Of a DNA stretch of 64,000 bases, positions 14,006 through 29,138 are shown one piece after another (the first letter of the stretch is position 1; each line of letters begins with the position of its first letter). This DNA comes from Eledone cirrhosa. Its lineage: Eukaryota. The notes under the pieces were generated by a model. That model saw nothing but the letters and a program-made list of their open reading frames with translations. It had not been told where the DNA came from and made no database searches. The position numbers and the translations under genes were made by a program. The DNA lies in contig OZ024747.1 of the NCBI GenBank assembly GCA_964016885.1, positions 5,084,001 to 5,148,000 on the forward strand, read 5' to 3'.

Positions 14006-14777
14006 TATATATTTTTACAACTGAACTTCCTTATAAATTTTAACATCTACATTACTTGTTCTGCTTTGTTTATTGCTACCCACCACCGAACCCCGAAATA
14101 AGTGAATCATTACATGCAGCCATAATTCCCCAGTATTTACAATATTCAGTTCTCTTTATCATTTTTCCTTTTTTACTCCAGTTGGATAGCTTGGCATAGT
14201 TTATATTTATCAGTTCTATCTCGGAAAAGTTAATAACCAGATCATTTCTGCTTTCCTCTCTTATTCAACTACCAAATAATAGTTACATTACTTCAATTGT
14301 TCTTGTAATTATCACCAACTAGTCAGCATAATTTAAACCGGCTAGTATTTCACTATCCGTCCAACATATTCCACAATCTCGTTACTGCAAAACTTTCTCC
14401 GTTACATAGTCAGTCACGAACACAAAAAGATAAGGGAGACCGTATGCTTTTCTCAATAAAACTAGACTTGACCTCAACAGGTTAATCTAGGGTTCCATCC
14501 ATCATGACCATAGATAAGGTTCCTTCATGCATATTTGAAATACAAGAAACCCAAATGAGAGTGTAAAGCTGGTAACTGGAATCTACGTATATTAAACCAA
14601 CCAGGATAAATAGAACAGTTTGTACCGGTTTTTAATAAACATAACTTAGACGTAACTTAGATTGGATTTGATAAGCACGGACTAGAAGAGGGAAATATAT
14701 TTGTCAGACATGCATTTTCCCCGGCTGCTTGTTTTATCCAACGCTCTAAGATTCTGCTAACCCAGCCCCCCTGTAAA

Positions 14778-15230
14778 AATTGTTTCTACATTTGGTACAA
14801 GGTCAGCAAATAAAGGGAAAGAGAAAGTTGATTATATCGATCCCAGTGTGTCACAGGTGCTTTATTTTATCGACCCCGTAATGTCATGGGTTCGATTCCT
14901 GGACTGGGTTGAGTGTTGTGTTCTTGAGTAAAACTCTTCATTTCACGTTGCTCCAGTATACTCAGCTGAAAATAAGTACCTGTAATAGCTGGGGGTTTAA
15001 CCCTGCGAAGGACAGGTGCACTGTCCAGGGAGGAAGTATTGTAGTTTCAGTCACGACACGAAAACTGAGATAAACACCAGCCTGATGATCCTCCAGGCTC
15101 GAGACACAATTTAAGACTGAGTAAGGTTGAAAGGGAAAGCTAACGTCAGCGGAATTTGAACTCAGAACATAAATTGCCGTAAATATGCTGGAAAGCATGT
15201 TTCCGACCCTCTACCGATTCTGTCAATTCA
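14778..15230 (-). mobile_element. Nin/Deu-like SINE interrupted by a nested plus-strand CORE/V-like SINE (about 14882-15120)
   Basis: The host SINE breaks after CGACCCCGTAA and resumes at GTAAGGTTGAAAGG; the insert has B box GGTTCGATTCC and the CACGTTGCTCCAGT domain. Confidence 0.75.
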
Positions 15231-15704
15231 AACGGAAGGATTTGCTGTAGATACTAACCCTGAGCTACAGGGCCATAATATACCATCCCTAAAAATCGAA
15301 ACCTGTTGCCCGAAAGCTTATATTATATCGATCTGTGTGTCAACGTGAAAACCTCTGCGTTGTCTTTGGATATGTAGGAAATATATCTCAGAAACCTCTG
15401 GTAATAAAGAAATAATACAAACTGTTAATATAAATATATATACTTCTAAAATAATGTTGATTGCTCTTTTCTTTCATTTGTACCCACATTTGTATATATG
15501 TGTGTGTGTAAATATATATGTGTGTGTGGCGTGTGAATATGTGTGTGTGAGTGTATGTGTCAATGTGTGTGTGGGTGTGTGTGCAATATGTAAGATTTTA
15601 TTTTTGCATGCGGCGATTTCACGTGCTTAGTAAATACTTTACAATGTATGACGGTGTCTGGTAGATGTATTGCAGTAAATATACACACATGATATATATG
15701 CGTG

Positions 15705-15752
<48 letters not shown>

Positions 15753-15775
15753 TATATACATATATACATATATAC

Positions 15776-15840
<65 letters not shown>

Positions 15841-15905
15841 CATATATATACATATATATATATATACATATATATACATATATATATATATACATATATA
15901 TATAC

Positions 15906-16000
<95 letters not shown>

Positions 16001-16005
16001 TATAC

Positions 16006-16088
<83 letters not shown>

Positions 16089-17084
16089 CATGTATATATA
16101 CACACATGCATACATATACACACACATGTGTGTGTGTATTTACAAGCCTTGAGGCAAACGTATGTATGTTTGTGTGTATAATACTCACACATAAATACAC
16201 ATACACGCACTTGCATTTAAATACACACACATACATGTATATACACATACACATACGTACACAAATGTATATCTCTGATTCCTTTCCATGGGAACTGTAA
16301 GCAGGCAGCCATTGGCTACAGCAGGCGTTATAGACGCGCGCACTCACAGACAAACACACACACACACAAACACAAACAGGCACACACATACACACAGACC
16401 GCAACACAAGCACATGCTCACCAACACATCATCACATACACACACGCAGACAGACACAGATAAGCACACAAAATACTTACGTACGCACACAAACACACAG
16501 ACACAGAAAACGTTCTGCCTAAGCATCGCTTTTGTGTATATATACACCAGATTACACTACACTATTCTACACTACACGGCACCACAGCACACCACAGCAC
16601 AGAACATCACACAGCACCACACAGCACCACACTAACTCTCCTCACCCCTGCTTCTTCACGCAAGCACAAAAACCCGAACCAACACACACAAACACATCAC
16701 AGACAGACACAAACACACGTATGTTGCATTAATAAGCTTACAAGCCGACACATATGTACATATACAAATATATCTATACTTATATATCAATATAAAATAT
16801 ATATAAAATATATATATATACTTATATAAATATGTACATATGTTTAGGTAGATGTGTGTGAACATGTACAACTGTATGCATGTGTAATATAGGATATGCT
16901 GGCAGTACTCTGAGTATAACAGCTGCAGTCAATGAATAGCTCGCCAGTAGGATATACATTCTGCCTGAAACAGCCAACCTGGACAGGATTTACTTAACTT
17001 AACAAAGGTGAGTTAGAAAACTTATCCATCTGTCCATCTAACGGTGTGTCTTTCTATCTTTCTATCTATCTATCTTTCTATCTC

Positions 17085-17115
<31 letters not shown>

Positions 17116-17302
17116 CTCTATCTATCTCTCTATCTACTATCTTACATTTGTGATAATATTTTACACGTTTTTATTGTATGTAAACTTCCCCCTTTGTATT
17201 TGTCCCCTTCTTTTGTGCCCCTGTGGCTAATAAAAAAACATATCTATCTATCTGTCGCTCTCGCTCCTCGCCTCTCCCTCGCTCTCTATATCTATCTCCC
17301 CC

Positions 17303-17428
<126 letters not shown>

Positions 17429-17727
17429 TATATTTATCTATTTATCTATCTTTCTTACTTTCTTCCTGCCTTTCTTTCTCTCTGTCGTTATATATATATA
17501 CATATGTGTCTGTGTCTGTGTGTGTGTGAGTGTGTGAGTGTGTGAGTGTGTGTGAGTGTGTGAGTGTGTGTGTGTGAGTGTGTGAGTGTGTGTGTGTGAG
17601 TGTGTGGGTGTGTGAGTGTGTGTGTGTCTCTGTGACAGAGATTTACAAACATATGAGTGCTTTTGACACTATCTAACACTGTCGGTTTCTCTATCACTCT
17701 CTCTTTCTCTATATATATGTATATATG

Positions 17728-17779
<52 letters not shown>

Positions 17780-17785
<6 letters not shown>

Positions 17786-17965
17786 TCCCGGGTTCAATCG
17801 GGGGTAACCACAGTAAGTAAAGTACTCAATACATAGCAGAGTATACATATTTAATATAGAAATGTCTTCTACAGGACTAGAACTGTTTCATTCGGGAGAA
17901 ATCATCAGGAAAGCTTTCCTGATAATTGCTCCCGAATGAAACAGTTCTAGTCCTGTAGAAGCCAT

Positions 17966-17967
<2 letters not shown>
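17780..17967. mobile_element. Family A element with a back-to-back inverted hammerhead pair
   Basis: Palindrome 17860-17967 centred on AAGCTT; the minus core is intact (CTGATGA), the plus core is CTGATAA; GTATTGAGTAC box on minus at 17822-17832. Confidence 0.75.
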
Positions 17968-18037
<70 letters not shown>

Positions 18038-18056
18038 GTGTGTGTATATATATATG

Positions 18057-18126
<70 letters not shown>

Positions 18127-18132
18127 AATATA

Positions 18133-18216
<84 letters not shown>

Positions 18217-18228
18217 CATATATATATT

Positions 18229-18263
<35 letters not shown>

Positions 18264-18273
18264 TACATACATA

Positions 18274-18328
<55 letters not shown>

Positions 18329-18373
18329 GTTTTATGTATGTCTCCATACATATATCTGACTATTTCTTTACAT

Positions 18374-18448
<75 letters not shown>

Positions 18449-18704
18449 AAAATGAAAGAAAGGGGAAAAGAAAAGAAATAAAAAAGCCAATAAAGAAAGA
18501 AAGATATGGAGAGAAAAGGAAGGAAGAAGAGAGATAGAATGAAAGCTAGAGAGAGAAGGACATATGTGTGTATGAATGAAATATGGTACTTTCCAAAAAT
18601 GACGACAAATGTAGAATTTGAATGTGTACACCCATAACACACCCCCGCCTTCTCAGGAACTGTGATAAACATATTACATGATTCCTGTTGAACTCATCTA
18701 TCTA

Positions 18705-18748
<44 letters not shown>

Positions 18749-18851
18749 ATATATATAGATGTATATATATATAGATAATACACTACTTATACACAAGTAT
18801 TTTGTTCATACAGCAATATATTAATATGTTTGTGTAGATACACACACACAG

Positions 18852-18936
<85 letters not shown>

Positions 18937-19108
18937 TATATGTAGGAAAGTATATATACATATGTATATATTTACACACACACAAACACACGCATATATA
19001 TATATATATTAAATATATATATCATCTATATTAAAACTTTTATACTCTGCTATGTATTGAGTACCTTACTTACTGTGGTTACCTCCGATTCAACCCGGAA
19101 TAACGTAC

Positions 19109-19162
<54 letters not shown>

Positions 19163-19645
19163 ATATTTGTATGTATATATTAGGTATGTGTGTATATATG
19201 TACATATATATGGGGGAGGGTATGTGTGTGTAGGCCATTATGTACGTATGTGTATGTACGTATATGTATATGTACGTGTGTATATGTAAATCTGTATCCG
19301 ACATAAAGTACTCGCGTTATTTTCGCTTGATTGTGCGTGTGTTTGTAAGTGCAGTTTATATTCGTAATTGTGTGTGTGTACGTTTGTATAAATGTGTGTG
19401 TGTATGTATATGTCTGCGAATGCATGTGCATGTGCTTGTATGTGTGTCAGTGTATGTGTGTGTGTGTGTGTGTGTGCATGTGCGCGTGCCTGAAGCATGT
19501 GTACGTGTGGGTAGGGTGTGGGTTTTCATAGGTCACAATCAGTCCAGCGATTTATAGTATAGGTATGCATATATATATATATATTTCTGAGTCTGTATGT
19601 GTGAGTGTGTGTGTGTGTGAGTGTGTGTGTGTATATGTGTGTGTG

Positions 19646-19678
<33 letters not shown>

Positions 19679-19975
19679 TTGTATATATATGTGTGTACTT
19701 GTGTATGAGTGTGTTAATTGATAAAACACATTTTCAATTTTAATTTCTTAATTAAGCTCGTGCATGTGGTACTTCAGCTGTTGTTATTGTTATTGTTCTT
19801 GTTCTTTATATTTGTGTCTCTGCCCCCCCCCCCCCACCAGTTCAGCCGACGAGAGACGCTCCAGTCGTGGCCAACACTTCATTTATTCCGAAATACTCAT
19901 TAGTGAACTGCAATTAATGATCTAACGACGCATCCTAATCTTTTAAAGACCGCGTGTTCTAACTTGGAGATTTGC

Positions 19976-20895
19976 CTGTTGTTGTTGTTATTGCTGTTGA
20001 TGTTGTTGTTGTTATTGCTGTTGATGTTGTTGCTGTTGATGTGGTTGTTGTTGGTGGTGGTGTTGTTGTTGTGGTTGTTGTTATTGTTGTTGATGTTGTT
20101 GGTGTTGTTATTGCTGTTGATGTTGTTGCTGTTGTTGTGGTTGTTGTTGGTGGTGGTGTTGTTGTTGTGGTTGTTGTTATTGTTGTTGATGTTGTTGGTG
20201 TTGTTATTGCTGTTGATGTTGTTGCTGTTGTTGTGGTTGTTGTTGGTGGTGGTGTTGTTGTTGTGGTTGTTGTTATTGTTGTTGATGTTGTTGGTGTTGT
20301 TATTGCTGTTGATGTTGTTGCTGTTGTTGTGGTTGTTGTTGTTGGTGTTGTTGTTGTGGTTGTTGTTATTGTTGTTGATGTTGTTGGTGTTGTTATTGCT
20401 GTTGATGTTGTTGATGTGGTTGTTGTTGTTGGTGTTGTTGTTGTTGTTGTTGTTGTTATTGCTGTTGATGTTGTTGTTGTTATTGTTACTGCTGTTGATG
20501 TTGTTGTTGTTGTTGTTGTTATTGCTGTTGATGTTGTTGTTGTTGTTATTGCTGTTGATGTTGTTGTTGCTGTTATTGCTGTTGTTGTTGTTGTTGTTGT
20601 TGTTATTGCTGTTGATGTGGTTGTTGTTGTTTGTGGTGTTGTTGTGGTTGTTGTTATTGCTGTTGATGTTGTTGTTGTTGTTAATATTGTTGCTGATGTT
20701 GTTGTTGTTATTGTTGTGGTTGTTATTGCTGTTGCTGTAATTGTTGCTGTTGTTGTTGTTGCTGATGTTGCTTTTGCATTTGTTGTTGTCACTGCTGTTG
20801 TTGTTGTTGATGTTGTTGTTGTGGCTGTTGCTGTTATTGTTATTCCTGTTGTTACTGTTGCTGTTGTTGCTGTACCTGTTGTTGTTGTTGCTGCC
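19976..20895. repeat. (GTT)n-derived compound repeat with internal higher-order units
   Basis: Direct reading. Confidence 0.95.
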
Positions 20896-21557
20896 GTTTG
20901 ACCATAGCTACCATAACCCCCAAAACCTTGTTCCAGCTAAGACTACGCTGTCACCTTTGGCCTAAAGTATTGCGCCCCATTTCACGAAAAGGTCTGATGT
21001 TAATTGAGGGAGATGTGGCTACTATTTCTAGCAAATCACAGTTGTAACTATCTGGCTTTGTTTCTTTTTTCCTTTCCTTTTATTTTTGTCAAACCACGAT
21101 CAGCGTTCTTCTAGTGTTGTGAATAGAGTGGACCTCCACCACTTTCGACGATGTTCCAGATGTTTGATCAACAGAACGGCCTACTCTTCAAAGTATCGTG
21201 TAAGTGGCTAAGCATTCCACAGACACGTGCACTCTTAACGTAATCAATTCTCCAGTGTGACAAAATATCTGACAATCGTAAGTTCGTTGAATTACAGATA
21301 CAGTCAATCTGACGGGCTTCAAAACAGTTTCCGTCTACCAAATGTCACCCACACAAGTCACAGGGTGACCCGGGGTTATTGTAAATGATACTTGCCCCAG
21401 ATGCCACAGATTTTCATCAAGCCCTAATGATTTAAAAGCGGATTTTGTGCCCATCAAGCCATGTTATGTGTAATGTCCTGACGATAGAACTGTTGGTGAC
21501 ATGGTTTCAATTCCTGGTGGAGCAGAACTATTTCCATTGGACATGTCCGTAGTGCTG

Positions 21558-21614
<57 letters not shown>

Positions 21615-21729
21615 CTATCTATCTATCTATCTATCTATCTGTCTGTCTATCTATCTATCTATCTGTCTGTCTATCTATCTATCTATCTGTCTGTCTATCT
21701 ATCTATCTGTCTGTCTGTCTATCTATCTA

Positions 21730-21731
<2 letters not shown>

Positions 21732-21761
<30 letters not shown>

Positions 21762-24450
21762 CGACGCGAAGCACGAAGGCTGCGTTGTCCGAAGTAAAAT
21801 ACGTGCTCTAGGGAACGAGGGGGCCAAAGCTGTTAGCTGGGCCCGCGTGACAGAGGCCAACAGTGGAACTAAATCCACCATCCGGTCTTTGCGAGACCTG
21901 GATGGACGGGCGATTCTTGAGCCTAAGCAGATGTGTGAGGCCTTTCAAAGGCACTTTGCCCGACTGTTCGGGAGGGGCGGGGAGCCGGTTGGAAACGTGG
22001 ACTTCGGTCCATACCTCGACGGCCTGCCGCGCCTCTCGGACAGGGAGGCGAAGTCTTGCGAGGAGCCGATTTCGGCCGCTGAGATAGAGGACGTGCTGGG
22101 CCAATGCGGCAAACGCAAATCCCCGGGTCTCGATGGTCTTCCTTACGAATTATATCTAGCTATGCCGGACTTGTTCCCCGATCTCCTCGAGGCGGTCTAC
22201 TGCAACTGGCAACAGAACGGGAGAATTCCCTGTACTGTGACCAAGGGCGTAGTCACGCTAGTGAGGAAGGACGAGAACAAGGGGGACGAAATAAGTAACT
22301 TCAGGCCCATAACTCTGCTAAATACAGAGTTACAGATTTTGGCCAAGGTGCTAGCAAAGAGGTTGGCGCTTGTCGTGGGCAACCTGGTGGGAGATGCGCA
22401 GACATGCGCTATCCCGTCCAGGTCCATCCATGACAACCTCCACCTCATGCGATACATCATAGAGAGGGTTGGGAACGAACCCGGCTTTGGTGGGGCTCTG
22501 ATCAACTTGGATCAATCTAAGGCGTTCGATAGGGTCGACCATGGTTACCTGAATGCGGTGCTAGCGGCGGCAGGCTTCGGACCCGTTTTCAGGGGCTGGA
22601 TCACTGCTATGCACAGCAGCCGCATCTGCTCTAGGGTCAAGGTGAACGGCTACCTCTCGGAGCCATTCAAAATCGCGCGGTCCATCCGACAAGGGTGCCC
22701 TCTCTCCTCCCTTCTGTATGTGTTGACTCTCGAGCCACTACTGCGGAAGTTGGAGTTGTTGCAGGGCATCCCTTTGGAACCGGGATTGCGGAAAGCGGTG
22801 TCGGCCTACGCCGATGATGTGACAGTAATGGTGTCGACGGCCTCCGAAATCGAGGCGGTCGGCAACTTACTGGAGGAGTACGAAAAGTTCACAGGGGCTA
22901 AGCTGAACCGGGACAAGTCGATCGGTTTGCAACTCGGCACGTGGAGGGGCAGACCGATGCCCTCCGATGGCGTCGTCGGACGCTGGACGGAGGGCCCGGT
23001 GAAGTTGCTCGGGGTCTGGTTCGGACCGGACCTCCAGGTGGAGAAAAACTGGGCGGAGGTTACGAACAGGGTGTTTGCACTGACCCAGAAGTGGGCCAGT
23101 TGCAAACTATCCCTGAAAGGTCGGGTGGAGGTGGCGAACACTTATATAGCGTCCGTCATCTACTACCGCCTGACCGTAGTGCCCTGCCCAAGGGAAACCC
23201 TCACCAAGATAGAGCGCGCGCTCTTCCAATTCCTTTGGAAGGGGCGGGCTCCTATGGTGAGGAGATCCATCTGCTGTCAACACCCTTCGAAAGGAGGGCT
23301 GGGGATGCCGTGGCTAATGATGCGTAAACACGCATTAAGGCTACGGCACCTCTACGTATTCCTCACCGGACAACCGGTGTGGGCCTCGTTTGTGAGACGA
23401 ACCTTTCCCAGACTCGTCTCACTCACCGAGCTGCAATCCTGGGTCAAGCAAAGACCGAGAAAACTGGGCGCCTGGCACACTGAGTGTGCCCAGGCGCTCA
23501 CCGCCCTCTGGCAGGCGGATCCGGTTATCAGTGGAGACTCCACCGCAACATTCTATAGAGGGCTGGTACGCAGCAGGTGCGACGACGCCCTCGGAGAAGC
23601 CCTAGACATGGAGGAGGACGAACTGGCCAGCCTGTTCGGTAGGACATTCAGCCCGGGACCTATGGACAACTTCCAGAAGTCCCTGGCCTGGCAGTGCTAC
23701 CGAGGGGCTTTACCCGTTCGAGAAAGGCTCTACAGACACGGGCGCCCGGGTAGGGACCCCGCCAAAAAGATCTGTCCCAGATGCGTGTGCGACGAGGAAA
23801 CCGTTGCACACGCATTGGTACACTGCTCGGGCGTAGCCGATCTGTGGGGCTATGTCGAACAACTGCTGTCAAGGGTGGGACCGATCCGGTTGACCACCGA
23901 GTCTATTGTAATGATCAAGCCGCCTCCCCCCTTTAAAGATGAAGCAGAGGCGGTGTTTCTGTGCGTAATAGCCATGGCGAAAGAGGTTGTATGGTGGACG
24001 CGTCTGAAAGGACTGAGGTCAGGCACCTTTCTCTCTGGCCAACAACTGGTCCGTTTCTTCCGATATCATTTCGGAAGAAGGATCAGGATGGAGAGAGAGG
24101 TGCTGCACCCCAGTCGTTTTTATGAAAGGTGGGTGAAAGTGGCGAGAATGGCCCGTGTGAATGGGCCTTCTCTTTACATAAGCCTGTAGGTGGAAAAGAG
24201 GAAGGAACGAGGGAGCACCCCCTCTCTGTGCTCCTGAGGAAAAGGGTTGCACACTTTTTTCGGGGGTGTGTGCGACCCCCCAAGGCGCCTCCTCTCTATT
24301 GAGGATTTTGTTAAAAATTTTATTTTTGTTATATCTTATTTTATTTTTATATTTTGTTATTGCCTCCTCCTTATTGAGGACGCCTTTTTGTGTAAACTCC
24401 CTCCTTTGTACTTGTCCCACTTTTGATGCCCTAGTGGCAAATAAAAGAAA
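21732..24450 (+). mobile_element. 5'-truncated L1/Tx1-clade LINE within a (TCTA)n tract
   Basis: GC-rich ORF2, about 260-bp 3'UTR with AATAAA near 24439, (TCTA) repeats on both flanks, and T30 at the 5' junction. Confidence 0.9.
21760..24189 (+). CDS. L1/Tx1-type ORF2 (reverse transcriptase plus C-terminal CCHC zinc finger), lacking the endonuclease
   Basis: Motifs [45 protein letters not shown] and [14 protein letters not shown]; the frame stays open upstream of the listed GTG ([13 protein letters not shown]..) to the truncation point. Confidence 0.95.
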
Positions 24451-24837
24451 CTTATCTATCTATCTCTCACTCTCTTACTCACAAATACGTTTTCAATCTC
24501 TTCCCTCTCCCCTCTCTCCCCCTCTCAAAACGCACACATCTCACTTTCTCTCCCCTCTCTCTCTCTCTCTCCCTCTCATACACACACACATACCTTCTCC
24601 ATCTCACTCCCTCTCCCTCCTCCCTTTCCCCTCTCCCCATCTCTCTCTCCCTCTCATACTCACACACATACCTTCTCTATCTCAATCCCCCCTCCCCTCT
24701 CTCTACCCCCCCCTCCCTCTATCTACCCCCCTCTCTCTCCTTGTATATGTTGCAGAACTGTGTGCCAGTACCCCGTCCAGTAAAAACATGCTAATTGTTT
24801 TAGCATGTTTAGCACCCGCACACACACACAAACACAC

Positions 24838-24868
<31 letters not shown>

Positions 24869-25077
24869 AAGACACAGGCAAACACACACATACACACACA
24901 CAAAACCTAACACACACACAAAGACACAGGCAAACACACACACACACACACAAAACCTAACACACACACTCACACACATACACACAAGCCACAAGCACGA
25001 CACACACGACAAATACATAAACACATATACACAAGAAACTACAATACACAGCCCCCCCCCCCCCCCCCTCCATATCT

Positions 25078-25260
25078 TGGTGCAATTAATTGAAAGAGTT
25101 ATACCTACAGGTATTAAATTAAAACATTCTAACCATCCTAAAACTAAAAAGCCCAGCTAAGGGTACAAATATATTGCTACGACCGTCCCTGGTGGTAGGC
25201 CCCTCTACAGGGGACCTGGGGAAATTGCCTCCTTTGTCCCACATTAAATCCGGCCCTGCG
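25078..25260 (-). mobile_element. Non-autonomous DNA element (hAT-like end), partial; homologue of 52080-52335
   Basis: Reverse complement matches 52080-52245; terminus CAGGGCCGGATTTAA. Confidence 0.6.
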
Positions 25261-25589
25261 TGGAATCTTTGATAAATGTATTTTACTATACCCTCGACTC
25301 GACTCGAGCATTGTGAGTGAAATTTGGTAGACGGAAACTGTTCGGAAGCCCGTCGGATAGACTGTACCAATAATAAAGAGCCAGTCATGTAATATTCTTT
25401 ATCATATTAAATCTCCCTGAGATGATGTGGAATACTCAGCCCGGACACCACAACGTCTAAATCTAACCCTGGTATCGAACCATCTTCGAAAAAAAAAAAA
25501 GCAACTCATGATTGTGAAGTGAAATTCTTAACCATAACCTGTACTATCGATAACTTTTTAACAATTCCTTCACGCTGCGTTCTTTTAGG

Positions 25590-25822
25590 CTATCCGGTCG
25601 CTCTCCGACAGGTTTGCGGTTGTACCCTTGGCAGTGGAGACTTCTGGTGTCCTCGACCCTACGGCTACCTCCCTACTCACCACCATAAGCGCTGAGCTGG
25701 CCAGCCGCATGTGTGAGCCTCACGAGCTGGAATGGCTTTTCCAGCGCGCCTCCCCTGCCGTCCTCCGAGGAAACCCCTTCTCTATTCTGTCCACCGGGGC
25801 TGTGGGGAGGCCACCAATATGA
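25590..25822 (+). pseudogene. C-terminal fragment of a CRE-like (restriction-like endonuclease) non-LTR retrotransposon
   Basis: VVPLAVETSGVL...EWLFQRASPAVLRGNPFSIL resembles the CRE-clade P.A.ET.G...FQR.S.A.QRGNA motif. Confidence 0.7.
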
Positions 25823-26123
25823 TTGACTGACTTGTCATTTCATCAGTCAGATGTACTTACTGAATAATTGTTCACCTGACTGCCCTCGTCTCATCCAATA
25901 GACCCAGTTTCCATTACATACGCTTCGATGGACCGGAGTCTCTCATTCTGTATTCACTTTCATATACTTTGCCCTGGGTCACTACTTCTGAGAAGTTCGA
26001 TACCTAGGAATGTTTTTTTGTTTCAGAAAAATATTGAAACCATAACTATATTTTGTACTTTTCTCTCTCTCTCTTCATCTCTCCCTTCCTCTCTCTCTCT
26101 CTCACTCTCTCTCTCTGTCTCTC

Positions 26124-26193
<70 letters not shown>

Positions 26194-26350
26194 TCTCTGT
26201 ATGATGAACACACATATGCCAGCACTGACACACACACACACACGCACTCACACGTGTTTGTATGCATGCGAGAGAGATAGAGAAAACGAAAATCAAAAGA
26301 CAAAGAGCGAGAGATACGTACACACACATATGTATACCCCCACCCTCACC

Positions 26351-26384
<34 letters not shown>

Positions 26385-26520
26385 TGTACATACATGTCTA
26401 ATGCTGTATATTGTAGTGGTGCAATACCCAGGTTTATAGTTGATATGGTTCAACGAAAGATAAGACAAACAGTCTTACGTGGGTTGTGCATGTATCTTGT
26501 CTGTGTATGTGTATGGCTGT

Positions 26521-26583
<63 letters not shown>

Positions 26584-27634
26584 CAGAGAGGGAGAGCGAG
26601 AATGAATGAGTGACTACGTGTGTGTTTGGGTGCGTGAGCGTGTGTGTGAGTGTGTGTGTGTTTGTATGCGTACGTGAAACACAGAGAGAAAGATAGAGAG
26701 AGCTCGTGTGTTTGTGTGTGTGCGTATATGTTTGTGGGCGTGCGCGAATGGGTGTGTGAGCGTGTGTGTGTTTGTGTGTGTACGTGAAACAGAGAGAGAG
26801 AGAGAAAGAAAAACAGAGAGAGTGCGTGTGTGTTAGTGTGAGTGTGTGTGTGTGTGTGTGCGTGTATTTTTGTGTACGTATGTATGTGTCTGTTTGCGTG
26901 AAAGAAAGAGAGAGAGAAGAATAAAGAGTGCATGCGTGTTTGTGCTTGTGTGTTTGTGTGAGTCTGTGTGTCTGTGTGAGTGTGTCTATGTGTATGTGTG
27001 TGCGCGGGTGCAATTGTCTGTGTGCGCGGTTATGCAAATTAGCCGGTTAGAGAGAAAACAGCTGCTAAATTGTATATATATAAGATGAAAGAATGTAATA
27101 TACATATATACATATATACTTATATATACATACATACATGTATATATGCATATATACATGCATATATGCATATATACATAGATATATACATACACGCATA
27201 CATGATACACATATCACACACACAAACATATATGCACGCACACACATATACATGCATGCTTAGAAAATACATACATATATGCATTGCACACACTCATGCG
27301 CGCGCACCACCCATAAGCACGTATGGGCCGCTCCCCCACTCCCATATACACATGGAGAGAGATGTGAAGAAAGTACTCAATAGATTGCCAGGAATGTAAT
27401 TGCATATATTGTGATGGTGATTCGTTTCACGAGTTTTAGATCAATTAGCTGTGTGTCTATGTGTGTGTAAGGGTGTTTGGGTGTGTCTGTGTCTATGTAT
27501 GTGTGCGTGTGTGTGTGTGTGTAAGTGTATATACACATGTGTATGTGTGTGTGCTTGTCTGTGTCTATGTGCGTGCGTGAGTGTATGTATGTTTGTGTGT
27601 TTGCGTGTGTCTGTGTCTGTGTGAGCGTGTGTGC

Positions 27635-27704
<70 letters not shown>

Positions 27705-28408
27705 ATGTATGTGTGTGGATCATGTGCTGGTCCTATGAGAGTGGGGTCCACCCGGTACTTTATTCCGGGGCCCAAGAGCTAAGAAGGCCCCACAGCAACC
27801 ATGCAACATACATTTTGAGAAACATCTTTGCCTGCTTTGGGCCCCAAACGGGTGTGTAGCTCCTTGTAAAATTTCTCTTTGAGGCCCTGATCATGTGGTT
27901 GTATATTTGAGGAGCGTGGCATTAACAGAATCTTGAGAGCGTCCGTAACCCACTGACTTCGACAGTATGTGATAAAGCTAGTACTTTGAATTACGGGCTT
28001 CCAAATAGTTTCTGTCTCCCCACTTTGACTGGCAAGATATTGGTCGACACTTGACAAAGATGCCACAATAAAAAGTCTTATCCCAAGTGCCGCGATCTCT
28101 GATTGAACTCGAAACCACGTGGCTACCAAGCAAATTTTTCAACCTCCCATTCATATCGTCTTTTATATAGATAAACAGTGAAACAGAAATATACATATAC
28201 ATACAATTAATTTTATATATATATACTCGCGCCCATTTCTCTTTATATATATATATATGTGTGTGTGTGTGCGTGTGTGCGTGTGTGCGTGTGTGTGTAT
28301 ATATTTCCTGATGATTTTTTTCGAATGAAACAGTTCTTAAATTTTGTATATACTCTACTAATGTATTGAGTACTTTACTTACTGTGGTTGCCTGCGATTA
28401 AACCCACG

Positions 28409-28503
<95 letters not shown>

Positions 28504-29081
28504 GAGAGAGAGAGAAGAGAGAGGGTGTATATACACGAGTATATGCACATTAGATGAATATATCCACGCCTTAACGTAAACACATGTTCAGCGTATAGTC
28601 ATTGAACGACGAAGAAAAAAGAAAATTACACTGCCTCACAATAATCTGCCGCTCTCTACCATTTCCTCCTTCACAAACTCAAACTTTCTCTCATTCAATC
28701 TTACCCGACTATACATATGATACATATGACGGCACAATTATTTCACCTCTACTGGCCTCGCTCTTTTTAACATTACACCAAAACTCACTAAAACAGAAAC
28801 AGACCTCATCAAATTCAAAAAGTCTTTGGACAAATTCTTTCAAGAAATCCCGAATAAACTTCGTCCAGATATGTCCCCGTAAACATTAACTCTCTACTTT
28901 AATGGGCCATAGTGTCTAAATCCTGATTTGAAAGACTTCGCCAGGTGGCGCTATAAAGTTAGACAATACTGGGCCAATACTGGCCGAAAGTTATCAAAGT
29001 TATCAAAGTTAAAGTTATATACGAGGGTGGGCGGAAGATTTGATAGGCTGACTATGAAAGAGTGATGCTAGAGCTCTGAAA

Positions 29082-29131
<50 letters not shown>

Positions 29132-29138
<7 letters not shown>

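Noticed and set aside
21808-23872. Short ORFs overlapping the LINE ORF2 on both strands
   Set aside because: Shadow frames of a GC-rich coding sequence
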